From the NCBI GenBank assembly GCA_012295275.1, contig CM022672.1:11532001-11596000 (forward strand): a stretch of DNA of 64,000 nucleotides. Reading direction: 5' to 3'. The notes under the pieces are model-generated. The model had not been told where the DNA came from, ran no database searches, and worked only from the letters and a program-made list of their open reading frames with translations. The position numbers and the translations under genes were made by a program. The stretch is from Chrysomallon squamiferum. Its lineage: Eukaryota; Animalia; Mollusca. Positions 29,367 through 62,411 of the stretch are shown piece by piece (positions within the stretch are counted from its first letter, which is position 1; the number at the start of each line of letters is the position of its first letter).

Positions 29367-32300
29367 ATGTGTATACATGTGTATACACACACACAAACAA
29401 AAACAAAACTTTTATTTTTTTTTCTTATAAAACAGCCCTGAGGGGCTGGCCTGGCTTACCTCCTCTGACCCTGCCCCACAATCTGAGAGTGAAGACACCA
29501 GACCGAGATTTCATGACCCTGAATCGTGATGCAGTGCATGCAGGTCTCGTAACAGCTCCAGAACATTACGTATACAGAGCAACTCATGATGTACGCTGTA
29601 AAGTAAATGAACCTCGGCCAGAAAAAGAAGCATCAAAGCTTTACACTCAAGTTTATGGAATGCCAACCAGGTGAACATCACAGTTGTATTGATAATATCT
29701 TGTTACAATCATAGTATTTGATTTTTATAACCATCACTTTGACTCTAATAACAGTGATATTGTACTGTTATAATATTTTCTTAATATTCCACTTGTATAA
29801 TGATAACATTTGACTGTTATAATTATAACATTCAACTGTCATAACAAAAATATTTGACTTTTATAATCATAATATTTGATAGTTATAATCATAGTATTCA
29901 GCTTTTACAGCCATAATATATGATTGGTTTTAATCATATTTGACTACTGTAACCATAATTTGACTGTTATAACCACAATTTGACTATTATAACCATAATA
30001 TTAAACTGTTATAACACAATATTTGAGTAATAAATATATGCATTAATATATAACAGATTTGACTGATTATAAAACTCAGTAGTTACACATCATGTCGACT
30101 ATATCAGTCAATGAAGATAAACATATGTATTTTTGTTTCTCTGCAGGCCATCAACTCCCATTTTTGACATCCTAGAGCATAAGTTCCAGGAACGCTGGCT
30201 TCATCAACGCCGACAACAAGAACTTGCATCCTTAAATATGCAAAAAAAGGTAGGCCAACAAACTTTAATAAAAAGAAATTCATTTTCAAAAACTTTATAA
30301 TTATCAAAAAAAGGTATTCGTAACATCTAAAAAAAATAATAATAATAATTTCTGTAATGTAAAATGTGTAAAAATGTTTTAAATCATTTCAAATTTTATC
30401 AAAATGCATACTATTAAAATAAATACATTGTGAATATATATAATAACAAATTAAATATTGCGATGCTTTGATTTGAGATGGAAAGATGTTTTCAACTGAA
30501 GGAATTTAAATGACATCTTAAAAGATTAAAAAAAGATGTTTAGAAATACAAGTTTGCAATATTTTTGCTTAGAAATGCAAACCTGTGTGTATTATTTCCA
30601 CATATAAACTGTACAAGCACAAAATATTTTGTATCTTTGGAACAGAAAAATAACATCAAAGAATTTATATTTATATTTTTTAAATGAAATGTGTGCCATT
30701 GATTTAAATTATTACATTACACCCAGTAATCATCACATCTAAATTATTGATTGTTTGTTGAAATACTTCATTTCCAAAAATGTAAATAAATTTTTGATGT
30801 ATATTTATATTTCTCATTTATTAATTTTAATTGCGAAATTATATTTGTTTAGGGTTAAACAATCATTCAATAATATAAAATATTTCAGGTCTGAATTATT
30901 TTTCAAAAATAAACTGAATGGTAATAATAATTAGAATAATTTCAATACAAAAGCAAATTTGAATTATGGAACAGATATCTCAGTTTGCAACAGCGTCTTC
31001 TTTATAGTTTTTAAATGTATATATATACATTTTGTGTATTAATAGTAATGATTTCTAATAGGAAAGGCCACATACTGATGGATGTATAAATGTAAGTTGA
31101 TTAAAAGCACCAGTATATTATACTATATGAACATCATTGGCTTCACTTTCAACCCAGCTTGCTTATATCAGCTAAACTAATCATGTATGTTTTTCACTCA
31201 TCGATTATTTTTTCTATCATCAAGGGCAATTCACTCTACTGATTGGAAAATTTTGATTGCTCTTTTTCTGCCATCTAAGATATGACAATTAGCTATTTAC
31301 TGTTTCTGTGATTATTCTACAAAGGATTATAACTTGGGATTCTGCCTGTCTCCCATTGTACCTTGTTACTGAAGTTGTTTTGTAATACAATAATTAAATG
31401 TTTTTTTTTTTTTTTTTTTGGGGGGTTCTTCTCTGTATAAAATATGTGATATTTGGTGTATAATAGACCATATAATGTATTTCTAGGTCTTAATCTTTTC
31501 GTATTATGCATATGATTTACAGCATCTGATTTTATATAGTGTATTTGTTTTCTCCACATTCAAGCTGTTTTGTGAGATAATTTTTATAAACCTAAGTTTT
31601 GGGAGATTTGTTTGTGTAGTACATGAAGTAAACTGTACATTTTATATAAATGTAAATTATTAGTAACACTTTCATTTACAATAAATAATAATATTAAGAT
31701 GTGAACTTTCACACATTATCACCTTTATTGGCCACTGCTTGAACCACTAACAATTATGCTGATTAGTTTAACATGGAATTGTTTCCTAACTAATTATTAT
31801 TTAATGTAATCAAGTTTCTTTGTGGAATATATTATTTTAGACTAATTCAGACGACAACAACAACAAAAAATAAAAATAAAATAAAACAACAATAGATCTG
31901 AAAATAAATTTTTAAATAAATCTTTGTCACCAGACAAAAATATATGAATATAATCTTTGTTTCTTTTTAATATTTTCACTTTCAACCAATAATAAATTAA
32001 TTTACTTATTCTGGTGATTCCAATTCTGGACTCAGCTTATGCATCTGGTGAAGGTATCTTCTCTGTAAACATGATAATATATTTATATATCAGATTATAA
32101 CAATGTATAATTTAATGATATTTTTTATTAATAAAAACAACACCATATTTCTGGATACAGAGAAATTTGTACTGAAAATCAATAGTACAAATCTAATGAA
32201 CAAGAAAGTTGTTTTATTAAACAATATTATATAAATAAAATTCATATTATATTATTCAGCTACCTTAGTTTAAAAAAAGAATAATTAAATGTTTCAATAT

Positions 32301-33090
32301 AATGAAATATTTATAATTATAAAATGCTGATTTTATTATTGATGGTTTTTATACTTAGGAAATCAAATATTTCTGCATTCTAACTTGAAGAGTTTTATCA
32401 AATAGTATTTATTGTTTTATTATTTTATTATTTATTTATTTATTATCTTATTTATTATTATTATTAATATTAGTATTATGCTGAATTGGATATCAACTGT
32501 CTGCATATTTTTTTTAAATTATAATTATTATTACTGGTACTGTTTTCTTTTTTTCTTTTTTTTAAAAATTTTTTTTAATTGTTTTTAATTTTTAATTTTC
32601 TTTTTATTTAACAAAACCAAAACAATTATTTCTGTATTCTAGCTATCATAAGCTATTCACATCATTTATTTGTGCTAATACATGGTCACAATTACTACCA
32701 CTTAATTATTTCATGTATTGTTTTCACAGCAAAAAGAATGTCGAGGTTATGTTACAAGGACAGCACTGTTGAGAACATACCAGAATCCAGTTGACCCTGC
32801 CCCTCTCTGGAAAATGCCTAAGTTTGCTGATCCTGTAAGAACTGAATGAAAATATTATTATAAAACTAAATGAGGTCCAAATTCTGATAAAGTATTATTA
32901 TATGCCAAGTGAAATCAAATTTTGGATTTAAAAAATAATAATTCTTTCAGATTATAAAGACATTGATCTCTAGTTTATATTGTCTATTTAATTTGAATGC
33001 AGGACATGAACTTAAAGTTTTATATTATTTTCAGTCTAACAGTTCAGAAATTTTAATTTTCACTTTCAATATTTTTTATTTTATAATTAT

Positions 33091-33121
<31 letters not shown>

Positions 33122-33552
33122 TTTTTTTCTTTTTTTAAATGAAGTTTAATTAGCATAAGGAGATATAAATTCAGTTTCAGAAATAATAATATTACAACCT
33201 GAATTTTTATTTGAATGTAGTTCCTATTTTTTTTCTTTATCAAAGATGATGACTGCAGGAGCTAACTGCACTTTATATATATATATATATAAATTTATGA
33301 AATTCACCATAAAATTTAATTTAAATGATAATTCTTTCATTGTGAAAACAATAATTGTTGCAGTCTCAAACTGATGCTTGTTTCTAAATGTATTACTAAA
33401 GACTTTGTATATTAATTTTGCAGGCAAAAGCACACCTTCAAACATTCAGGAGAACAAAAGCAAAGAAAGAAGCATTTGAACATTTCCAGACTGATAAAAT
33501 ATCCCGAAGAGGAGACATAGGTCAAGGAGTTTACAGATCTGCAGTCAACTGA
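28219..33552 (+). CDS. CFAP77: Cilia- and flagella-associated protein 77 (C9orf171 family), 260 aa
   Basis: Exons 28219-28329, 28884-28983, 29436-29670, 30147-30249, 32730-32834 and 33424-33552 splice in frame. Motifs LGEKRDTMLQNELL, RDFMTLNRDAVHAGLVTAPE, YGMPTRPSTPIFDILEHKF, LWKMPKF and HLQTF match remembered CFAP77 sequence. Confidence 0.92.
29695..30075. repeat. Degenerate 20-22-bp minisatellite, consensus ATTTGACTGTTATAACCATAAT, about 15 copies, filling CFAP77 intron 3
   Basis: Head-to-tail units such as atttgactgttataattataac, atttgacttttataatcataat, atttgactgttataaccaca and atttgactattataaccataat. Confidence 0.85.
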
Positions 33553-33628
33553 GTACAGCCATTAAAACCAAGTTTATATTTCTGAAAATTTCAAACAGTA
33601 TTCTTTCTTATTCCATATGCTGATCTTC

Positions 33629-33663
<35 letters not shown>

Positions 33664-34936
33664 ATGTTGTTGTTTTACCATGTGTTGTTGGAATTCTATG
33701 CAGACTATTTTGTTTAGCTGGTATTTTTTTTTTGTTGTTATCGATTTTTGAATTACTTTCAGTATTAATAAGCAAGACATGTCAGCTTGTGTTTTCATAT
33801 TATTTTTTTTATTTATTATTATTTATTTTTATTATTGTTATTATTGTTTATATGTTTTTAAAATTATTTTATTATTATTTATTTTATTTTTTGTGCCTAC
33901 ATTCATTTGGAGCCTTCACATTAACAAATATGTGCATTTCAGAGGTTTTGAAAAATGATGATCAACCTAATAGAAAACAGTATTTTGATTAATGTCATAG
34001 GGGAAGAGACTTTTAATATTATTATTTATTTCCTAATTAATTGTATTTCAAAAATATTTCACAATATTGTAGACATGTCATATCCTAATTGATAGCTGCT
34101 GAATCAAATGTATACTTTATGAATCCCAAATGTTGCAAGTTATATATGTAACATGTGTGTACACATTTCATGTACCTAGAAAAATTGGTATGATCATAAA
34201 CCTTTTTATTTTTTTAACCTTTTAACTATGAAAACATCATTTAATACTAATTTTTGTTTTATGGGAACTTGTTAAATAAAATAATATAATAGAAATCATA
34301 TTTTTCATAAGCACACTGACTTAAAGAATTCAGCTAATATTATGTAAAACTGTACATTTCTGATTATGAAACATTTCAGTTAACAGAACAAATTATTTGA
34401 TAAATGCTTTAATTTGTTTACATGATTTTAATATTTTCTTTATAACTACATGTACATATCTTCAGGATATATTTATTATTATAAACTAGTGTGTCCATTT
34501 TAAAACTGATCTAGTCTTACAGTATATTAAAACAATTAGAAAATTATATTTGAGATTTTATATATATATAATATTTTTATTTTATTTTTAGAGGATAAAA
34601 TGTCTCCCATTTTTATTTTTGTGCAAGGGTACATTTTATTATGTTAAAACTTATAAAAATTATATTTATATAGAATATATATCATAATAATTTTTAATTT
34701 ATCCAGCATTTTATATCTTATTATTAAAATAGAAGTGTGTTATCCTTGTTTCAAGGATTGCTTTTTAAAATTATATTTAGTATTTGATATTATATTAAGG
34801 ATACTCTATCTGGTAAATTACAAATTTTATTCATATGCAGATAGTTGCATAATAACATTACATCCACCCTTTATTTTGTAATTTTGATGTTAAAAAAAAA
34901 AAAAAAAAAAAAAATAAAAAAAAAAAAATTAAAAAA

Positions 34937-34984
<48 letters not shown>

Positions 34985-35883
34985 AATAAATAAATAAAAG
35001 ATAATTTCCAAAGTACTGCTTGGTTTCCTACATTACATACGCAGCTGAATATGACAACCATTTGTTCTTTTTGGATTGTGTTCACTGATAGGAAAATACA
35101 TATAAATATAATGGTTTTATTATCATTATATTGATTAATTAACACGGAATTGATGTAAATATATGAGTTCAGTCTAAAATGGTGTGATGGATAATAGGTT
35201 TTTTAATCTGTTGAGATGTAAAAAACTGATATAATGAAAAAAAAAAAAAAATTTTAATTTAATTATTATTATCTTTTTTTTTTAATTTTTCGTTGTGGTG
35301 TTGAAGTGTAGCAATACTTTATATGTTGGAATATATCTAATGTTTTAATTTTCTGTGGTGATAAACCTTTAATAAGGCTTTATCCATAAAGGCTGTGATA
35401 AAATGTTGTGAGAATTTGTAAATATTATTCAAGGTGATAAGAACAGATGGTTGTTTGAAGATTCAATGGTCAGTGAGATCAAAAAGTTTTTTTCATAGGT
35501 TTGTTTCATTTATGTTTAACTCCTCAAATTATTATTTTTTTTAATGAAAAAATTTAAGAAAAATTATAAAAATAAAAATAAATACATGTGAAGGTATCTG
35601 TAGATATTAATTTTTTTTATCTTGCCATATCTGGTTAACACTTTCCTATTTAGAATGCTTGTAGAAGAAGAGAAAATCAAAAGTGTTAGTTTGTAGACTT
35701 AGATGTACAAAATTGTTAATACAGGCTCACTAGAAAGTTTTGTTTTTATATCAATTAGTATACACACACATATATATATATATTTACATTGTCATACACT
35801 TTTTAAATTATTCATTGGAGTGAATAAATGTTATTTGTCCTGTGTATTGCTTTTTTTAAATTTTATTTAATACTCATGTATAA

Positions 35884-35917
<34 letters not shown>

Positions 35918-36957
35918 GTATTTTATTAAAGCTACAACTAGATTGTGTAGTAAAATTATTTTAATAAACAATAAATACAAATTTAACAACTGTAGAACAG
36001 TTAAAATTTATTTGTGAAATCTTTCAAAAAAAAAAAAAAAAAAAAAAAGATAAATAAATAAATATAAATGAATAAATAAATAATAAACAGGTTGGGGAAC
36101 AATGCTGGACTTGAGTGTCCCAAACCCAGTTTTAGTTTGTATGTCTTTTCTTTCAATAACAATGTACACACCAAAAATTATGAATATTGCCAAAAAACAC
36201 AAAAACAACATGAATCAAGTAATGCAAACAACTTTTAGCAAAAACAGCAAGCACCATAAAATTTGTGACAAGCAGAAAAAAAATTGACTTTATGAAAGAA
36301 AATAATAATAACAATATTTACTTATGTAAGCAGGGGGTATTTTTGTTATTTATTTTATTATTATTATTATTAGACTTTTAAAAGTTTTTTTTAAACATAC
36401 ACACACATAAACTGTAATTGCATAGAAAGTTTGACAAAGATTGGCAGAATGGTATTAAAAAATAATAATTAAAAATAAAATATATTGCAATAAATAAAAT
36501 TGTCCAATTTCAAATTTGCGATGGAAGTTCACATGGGCCTTTACGGTTTTGCTGATGTCAGTAAAATTTGTTTTTTGAACTTTATTCTGACAAAAATTAA
36601 TAAATATAAAATAACAAACAAACAAAAAAAAATAACAAAAAAAAACCCAACAAACAATCATAATACTCTTCAAGCATGGTTCTGTTTATTGTTAGTTCTT
36701 AAGTACAAGTGCGCGCAGTATTCTTGAAGGAAAACAAATATAAACGAAAGCTGAGCTTGGAGGGGGAAAAAAATAAACTAGTAACTATATAATAATAATA
36801 CGCTGCAACTCAGCTGTCTGAGAACGTTGATGAAACCATAATTGGAGCACAGACTTACGTAAAACGAAAATCCTTGTCAAATATCCAATAAAATTACCTG
36901 ATACATATAAAGTCAGAAATCTATCCAATAAAATAACGAGTAACAAATTAAGACGGA

Positions 36958-38410
36958 ATGACTCCTGGAACCGATTCGTCGAGAGAAAAAAAGTTGGATT
37001 TGGTATTTAGATCGTTTTGGCAAAGCAAAAAGCAGGTTGCAGTTGCTTGCTTGGTACTGGTAACTAAATCTTTTCATGCGGAATAAGAAAACTGTTATGT
37101 ATGTTAACACTGTCATGTCACTGAATTATTATTTTTTATTATTGTTTAGACGCAAAGGTGCTGGATATTAGGAAACTGATGTCAGTAGAAGCGACTGTGA
37201 TCAAGAAATAATGATATCATTAGAATTTACAGAAAGTAATCTGACCTTCTCATTACTTCATTATAGATGTATTTCATGTATCAAGTTTTTATGGCATATT
37301 ATAGTAACGTGGAGAAATATTGTTCAGATCGTAGTTGTCGTCACACTGTTTCCAAAGTGGTCATTAACAGCACCCTATACTCATAATACTGTGTACAGCG
37401 TATATGCTGTCAGATTTGTTATGTAGCAAAAGCAAAAACCAAATTATCATTAGAAGCAAAATCAGTTTAAGAAAACAACCAGAGTATATCTAATTCGAAA
37501 AAAAAAAAAAAAAAAAAAAAAAATATACAAACTTGCATTTTTAAAATAATTTTTTTAAACATTAATTTATTTATACAGTAAGTTTCCTATTAAAGAAAAT
37601 TCCGGTTATACATCTCTTCATGTTTGTTAATTTGTTGTCATACTTCATTATTAACAAAGAGTGGTCACCAGCAATAAATAAAACAGTTACTTGAAACAAT
37701 GCAAACTATATTTAGGTAATCAGTTTTCATAATCACAAATGTATGAAATTTATCTCAAAATATTTTCCTTTATTCTTGTTTCAGCTTTTAACTTGCAGTT
37801 ACTTTATGCCAGTGTTATTATCCATAGTCCGTCGAGTATTTTCTACAGCAATGGGTGACTCATATGTTGCTGGCACACATTCAATGGCATTTGTTACAGT
37901 CCCAAATATAGAAGTAGCAAAAAAATTATCTCAGTATGTTCTAATTATCTGAACATTTTCATAAATGAATAAACAAATATTTATAAAAATAATTTTCTGT
38001 AATAAAAAGTAACAATTTTATTAGTAAGTACTAAAATATTTCTTTTAAATACAATCATCTAAATTATTTAATTTTATTTAATTTTAAAAGATAACTTTGA
38101 TTCCTACATAAAGATAATTTTTTAAATTAATCTATTAAAAACAAACATACACAAAGTATTATTTAAATTTACAAAAGTTTATTTTTACAAATATTCATTG
38201 TTTCAGTGGCCTTGTCAAAGAAAAACTTGCAGCTTGTGTAAATATTATATCTGGATTAACTTCAGTGTATGTACAGATTAGTCACTTTATTCTAGAATTT
38301 CTTTATTATTATGGTAGCTTTATTATACTGACAATGTCCTGAAAACCAGACATACCACAACAGACCTGTATTGTATTAGCCTTCTAAAAATATTTTTATT
38401 TCTGGTGTGT

Positions 38411-38444
<34 letters not shown>

Positions 38445-39736
38445 GCTTACACTATTTTCTCATAATTAAAAAAAAAATATATATATATATATTTGTTGAA
38501 ATTATTGCCCAACCATTTAAAAATAATAATAATATTAATGAATCATATCCTGAAAAAAAAAAAAACATTTTTTAAAAATCATTTTGTTGTTATCACAGTA
38601 TTTCTCCATTTCTTTGATATATATTTTTTCATACTGAAACAAATATAACAAAGTAATTATCAAGCTCATTTCTCATACAAAAATTCTTTATTTTTAGATA
38701 TGAATGGGAGAACAAAATAAATGAAGATTCTGAACTACTTTTGGTATGACTGAATTTTTGTTACTTTCAAGTACTGGTATCTACTAATTAACAATAACAT
38801 TTTAATTATTTATTAAATACTTCAGTTATATAAAATGTATAAATACTAAAATCATTTTGAATTATTACAAATTATTAGTGATCTTTAAATTTTAATATAA
38901 TATACTATAGTTTGATTGAATTTTCACTAATTGCAGATGATTAAAACACATACTTCAAAAATGGATCAGTTGTCAGAATATGTCAGGTACATTTGTTAGT
39001 AAACTTCTTTCACTTAGTTTGTAATATGTTTATTTAACTGCAGTTTGCAACATTAACATTGAAATATAATTAACTGGGTAATTTGCTAATAGAAAACCAT
39101 CTTTATTCTGATTTTGATTTTAAACTTTTTATTAAATTTAGGTTTTGTTTTATTATAATGTGTTTTGTAAATTCATGAGAAACAAGGATACCTATAGATT
39201 ATAATACAATGTAAGTTAAATATTTTTGTTTTCTCCCCACAGGAAAAATCATCCATATGATGTGGCTGAAGTCATTTCCTCAAAGGTATTTGTAAACTTG
39301 TCATTTACAGATAAATTCAACTCCTTAAGACAAAGAAATGAAAAAGCTAAATCTTTAAGTACGCTATGTGTAGAGTTCTGTTTGGATAATTTTGATAATT
39401 ATTTATTTTGTTGTTTTAATTAAAAATTGATTCATTCACATACTGTAATAGAATTAATATCTTTAACAGTTTAAATAATAATCATACTAATAATAATAAT
39501 AAAAAATGTAAAAATCTATGTATATCTGGAATCATTTTTCTTTTAGAAATTTTAATAAGATTTTATACTGCCTCAATAGCAGCTTAAATTTTGATTCAGT
39601 AAATAATAATCTGATTATTTATACCTCATTCCATTAAGTTAATTACATATTTCTTTTCCTTCAGATTGACAATGGAAATCCACCTTATCTTCAGTGGATT
39701 ACAGATGTTGTTATTGGCGCACAAGCAAAGAAATGA
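36958..39736 (+). CDS. CUTA: Protein CutA homolog, up to 173 aa
   Basis: Exons 36958-37059 (less certain), 37785-37933, 38207-38266, 38698-38743, 38937-38986, 39243-39285 and 39665-39736 are phase-consistent. Motifs AFVTVPNIEVAKKL, LVKEKLAACVNII, SVYEWENKINEDSELLLMIKT, HPYDVAEVI and GNPPYLQWI. Confidence 0.93.
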
Positions 39737-41734
39737 ACTGACAAGTAATGCATCTTTAAGCTGAGGCTAAACTGTGTGTAAATGAGTCAATATGGAGATT
39801 GTTTCCAGTATAATTATTCTTAACCTCTTTGAAACAACATTTTGATATTATGGTTCATCCTCATCCTTGATACAAATCATGAAGAAGCAAGGCTGTTTTG
39901 GCAAATCAAATTCAGTTACTGAAATGAAGATATTTAAGAATTTTTTGCTTTTTAAAAATATTTATTTCACTATTCAAATATGTAACTTTAGTATTACAGC
40001 TAATTGTCAAAAGAATCTAAAAAATTAATCTCCATTTTCCTAAATTATTGTTTTAATTACGAATTTGTAATCGATTGTTTGGAGGTAAAACAAACTTCCA
40101 ATTCAGTTTTTTTTTCATCCAGGTGAAAGCTGAAAACAATGAAATATATTAAAGTGTTTCTTTTGTTTTCTCTTTATATCAACTAAATTTTTGATCAAAA
40201 GAGTCACATCAAGAATCTGGTTAGAAACAGAACCAAAAATATCCAAAGAACTCTCACATCCACAAAATAATTTTTCAAAACCTCTCAACAGAAAAGACAT
40301 ATACCTATAAATTTGAAAGCTTAAAATAACAAGGCACAAAAAAGAAACTGAAATAAATTTTTCAGACTAATTTTATTTATTTTTTACATAACATGAATAA
40401 TGACAATATAAATGAACATTTATAGATCAATATTTATTCTGAAAAAGATGTCAAATTCCAGATATCAACAAAACATTTGTAATTTCATTTAGATTTTGTA
40501 TAATCTCATGAACAAGCACTATTAAGTCTGGCAATGATGTCTCTCATAAATACTACAATCTAATTATTTTTTAAACAATTATCTGAAAATTAAATTTTAT
40601 CAGCATAAAATAAAGTCACCCGACTCCATTAAAATTACGTTATAAAAGGTCTTTCATTTATTTATTTTTGTTTTTGTACATAAATATGTTCAAATTAGTT
40701 CACTCTATTATTTTTATAAGTAATTTTATTCAATTTTAAGTTTAAATGTCCAATATTTTTATTTAGAAAAGAATGCACCTGGCATAGAAATTCTAAGAGA
40801 AAATATTAGTTTTTTGATGTAAATACAGATGTTGGTGTTCATAAATATATGAAATTTTAATGCCATTACTCTCTCAAATTAATCTTTTCTTCTTGTTTTA
40901 ATGTGAATAAATTAATTTCATAAATAAACAAGAAATAAATATTAAATAAAATTTATTAAAATAAATGATGATTTATGAAAAAATGCAATAAAATATTAAT
41001 GTCAAGTAATAAAAACGACAATAAGCAAATTCTCTCCATCTTGAAATTAATACATGTACATGGATGTTATAAATATCAGATTTATATTAAATAAAAATAC
41101 ATTTATCCAGATTTCATACCCCACCTCTTTGGAATTTTAATTAAAAATATTTTTGTAACACCACTTCCAGTAATATTAAATATTTCATAGTAACAATGAA
41201 GATGTGGACAGAAGGCAGGCTCAGATTTCATTTACATTACTAGATGGTAAATATGTACAATTTTAATATATGATCAATTAGTAAAAGATGAACCTTCAAA
41301 TATATGATATAAAGAATTAATTTTGAGGGTTTCTTTTAAATATATTAATAGGATAAAAACTGGCAAATTCATTAGGGTGTGTGGGTTTGGGGGGTTTTCA
41401 TGTTGTAACTCATTTTGCAATAATGTTAAAAAATTTCATTAACAATTTGAGTTATTTCTTTATAAACATAATAAACCATAAACTTTGGATAATATAATAA
41501 TTATTATTATTTTTTTAAATCTTTCAATGATTTGAAAGTCTCCGTTTTTCAATATCTCACCTTGTGGTCTACATATTTAATACACTACTGGGAAAATATA
41601 TATTAAATTGTAAGCCATGCATGAAAAAATAGAGAACTTCACATAAAAAGAATCTATAAGAAAACTAGTTAATTCTCAACAACACTATTAAGCTGAGAAG
41701 GTTTGTGTATTGTTTTGCCTAAAAATGAAATTCT

Positions 41735-61686
<19,952 letters not shown>

Positions 61687-61689
61687 GTT

Positions 61690-62150
61690 TATTTAACAGT
61701 TCTTTATATCTACCAAACAACTATGTCAAACAGATGAAAAAACGGCGCGAACTATTTTCCCGCAAAGTTGGCTACTTCCGGAAATTTGGAGTAATGAAGA
61801 TTTAATTATAATCAAATTTCAGTAATTTGTCATAAATAAACTGTAGCGTCACATATTGTAAGTGAATTCAATGCACCTCCAAAATTAAAATTAACTTAAT
61901 TAATTCAACTTATTGTTTTTGTTGGATAAATTGTTAAGAGTATTTCCGGATGAGCGGTGCGCACAATTTTTGTAGAAAACTACGACAAACAGAATTATTA
62001 CCAGGCGGCAAATTTGGTTGCCAGAAATGTTTTTTTGTGATAAATGTACGCCAGTCTAACTTGTACTGATTTATTAATTCGTAATATTCAACATTCACGA
62101 AGTTTACCAACTCCTTTAGTTATTATTGAACTAAATAAATATAGCGGAAA
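61690..62150. promoter_or_regulatory. Bidirectional promoter between DNMT1 and FIRRM with E2F- and ETS-like sites
   Basis: The start codons (61686 on -, 62412 on +) are about 725 bp apart. Local CpG enrichment; GGCGCGAA 61744-61751, TTTTCCCGC 61755-61763, ACTTCCGGAAAT 61774-61785, ATTTCCGGATG near 61942, GTGCGCAC near 61957. Confidence 0.7.
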
Positions 62151-62411
62151 AAAAAGAACATGTACATGATACTTTTTTTTTTGATAGATTCTAAGATTGA
62201 TGCACGATCATGATGATCTGTGACTTACGAAGTTATGTCATCATACATGATGATGATACAGTGATATACTATATTAATTTATTATATCCCCCAAAATGCA
62301 AACATTAAAACTGCATAAGGTTATAAACGGTTCAAAGTATCTAATTTATAGTATGACATTTTTATTTCTAATAAATATTTATTTTACTGAGTTTCTTATG
62401 AACAGTAAATA

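Noticed and set aside
29695-30075. CRISPR-like reading of the 20-22-bp repeat array
   Set aside because: Units are head-to-tail with no unique spacers, there are no cas genes, and it lies in a eukaryotic intron.
36086-36132. GGTTGGGGA...TCCCAAACC hairpin next to an A-rich tract
   Set aside because: Short isolated stem without snoRNA or tRNA boxes; bacterial terminator logic does not apply here.
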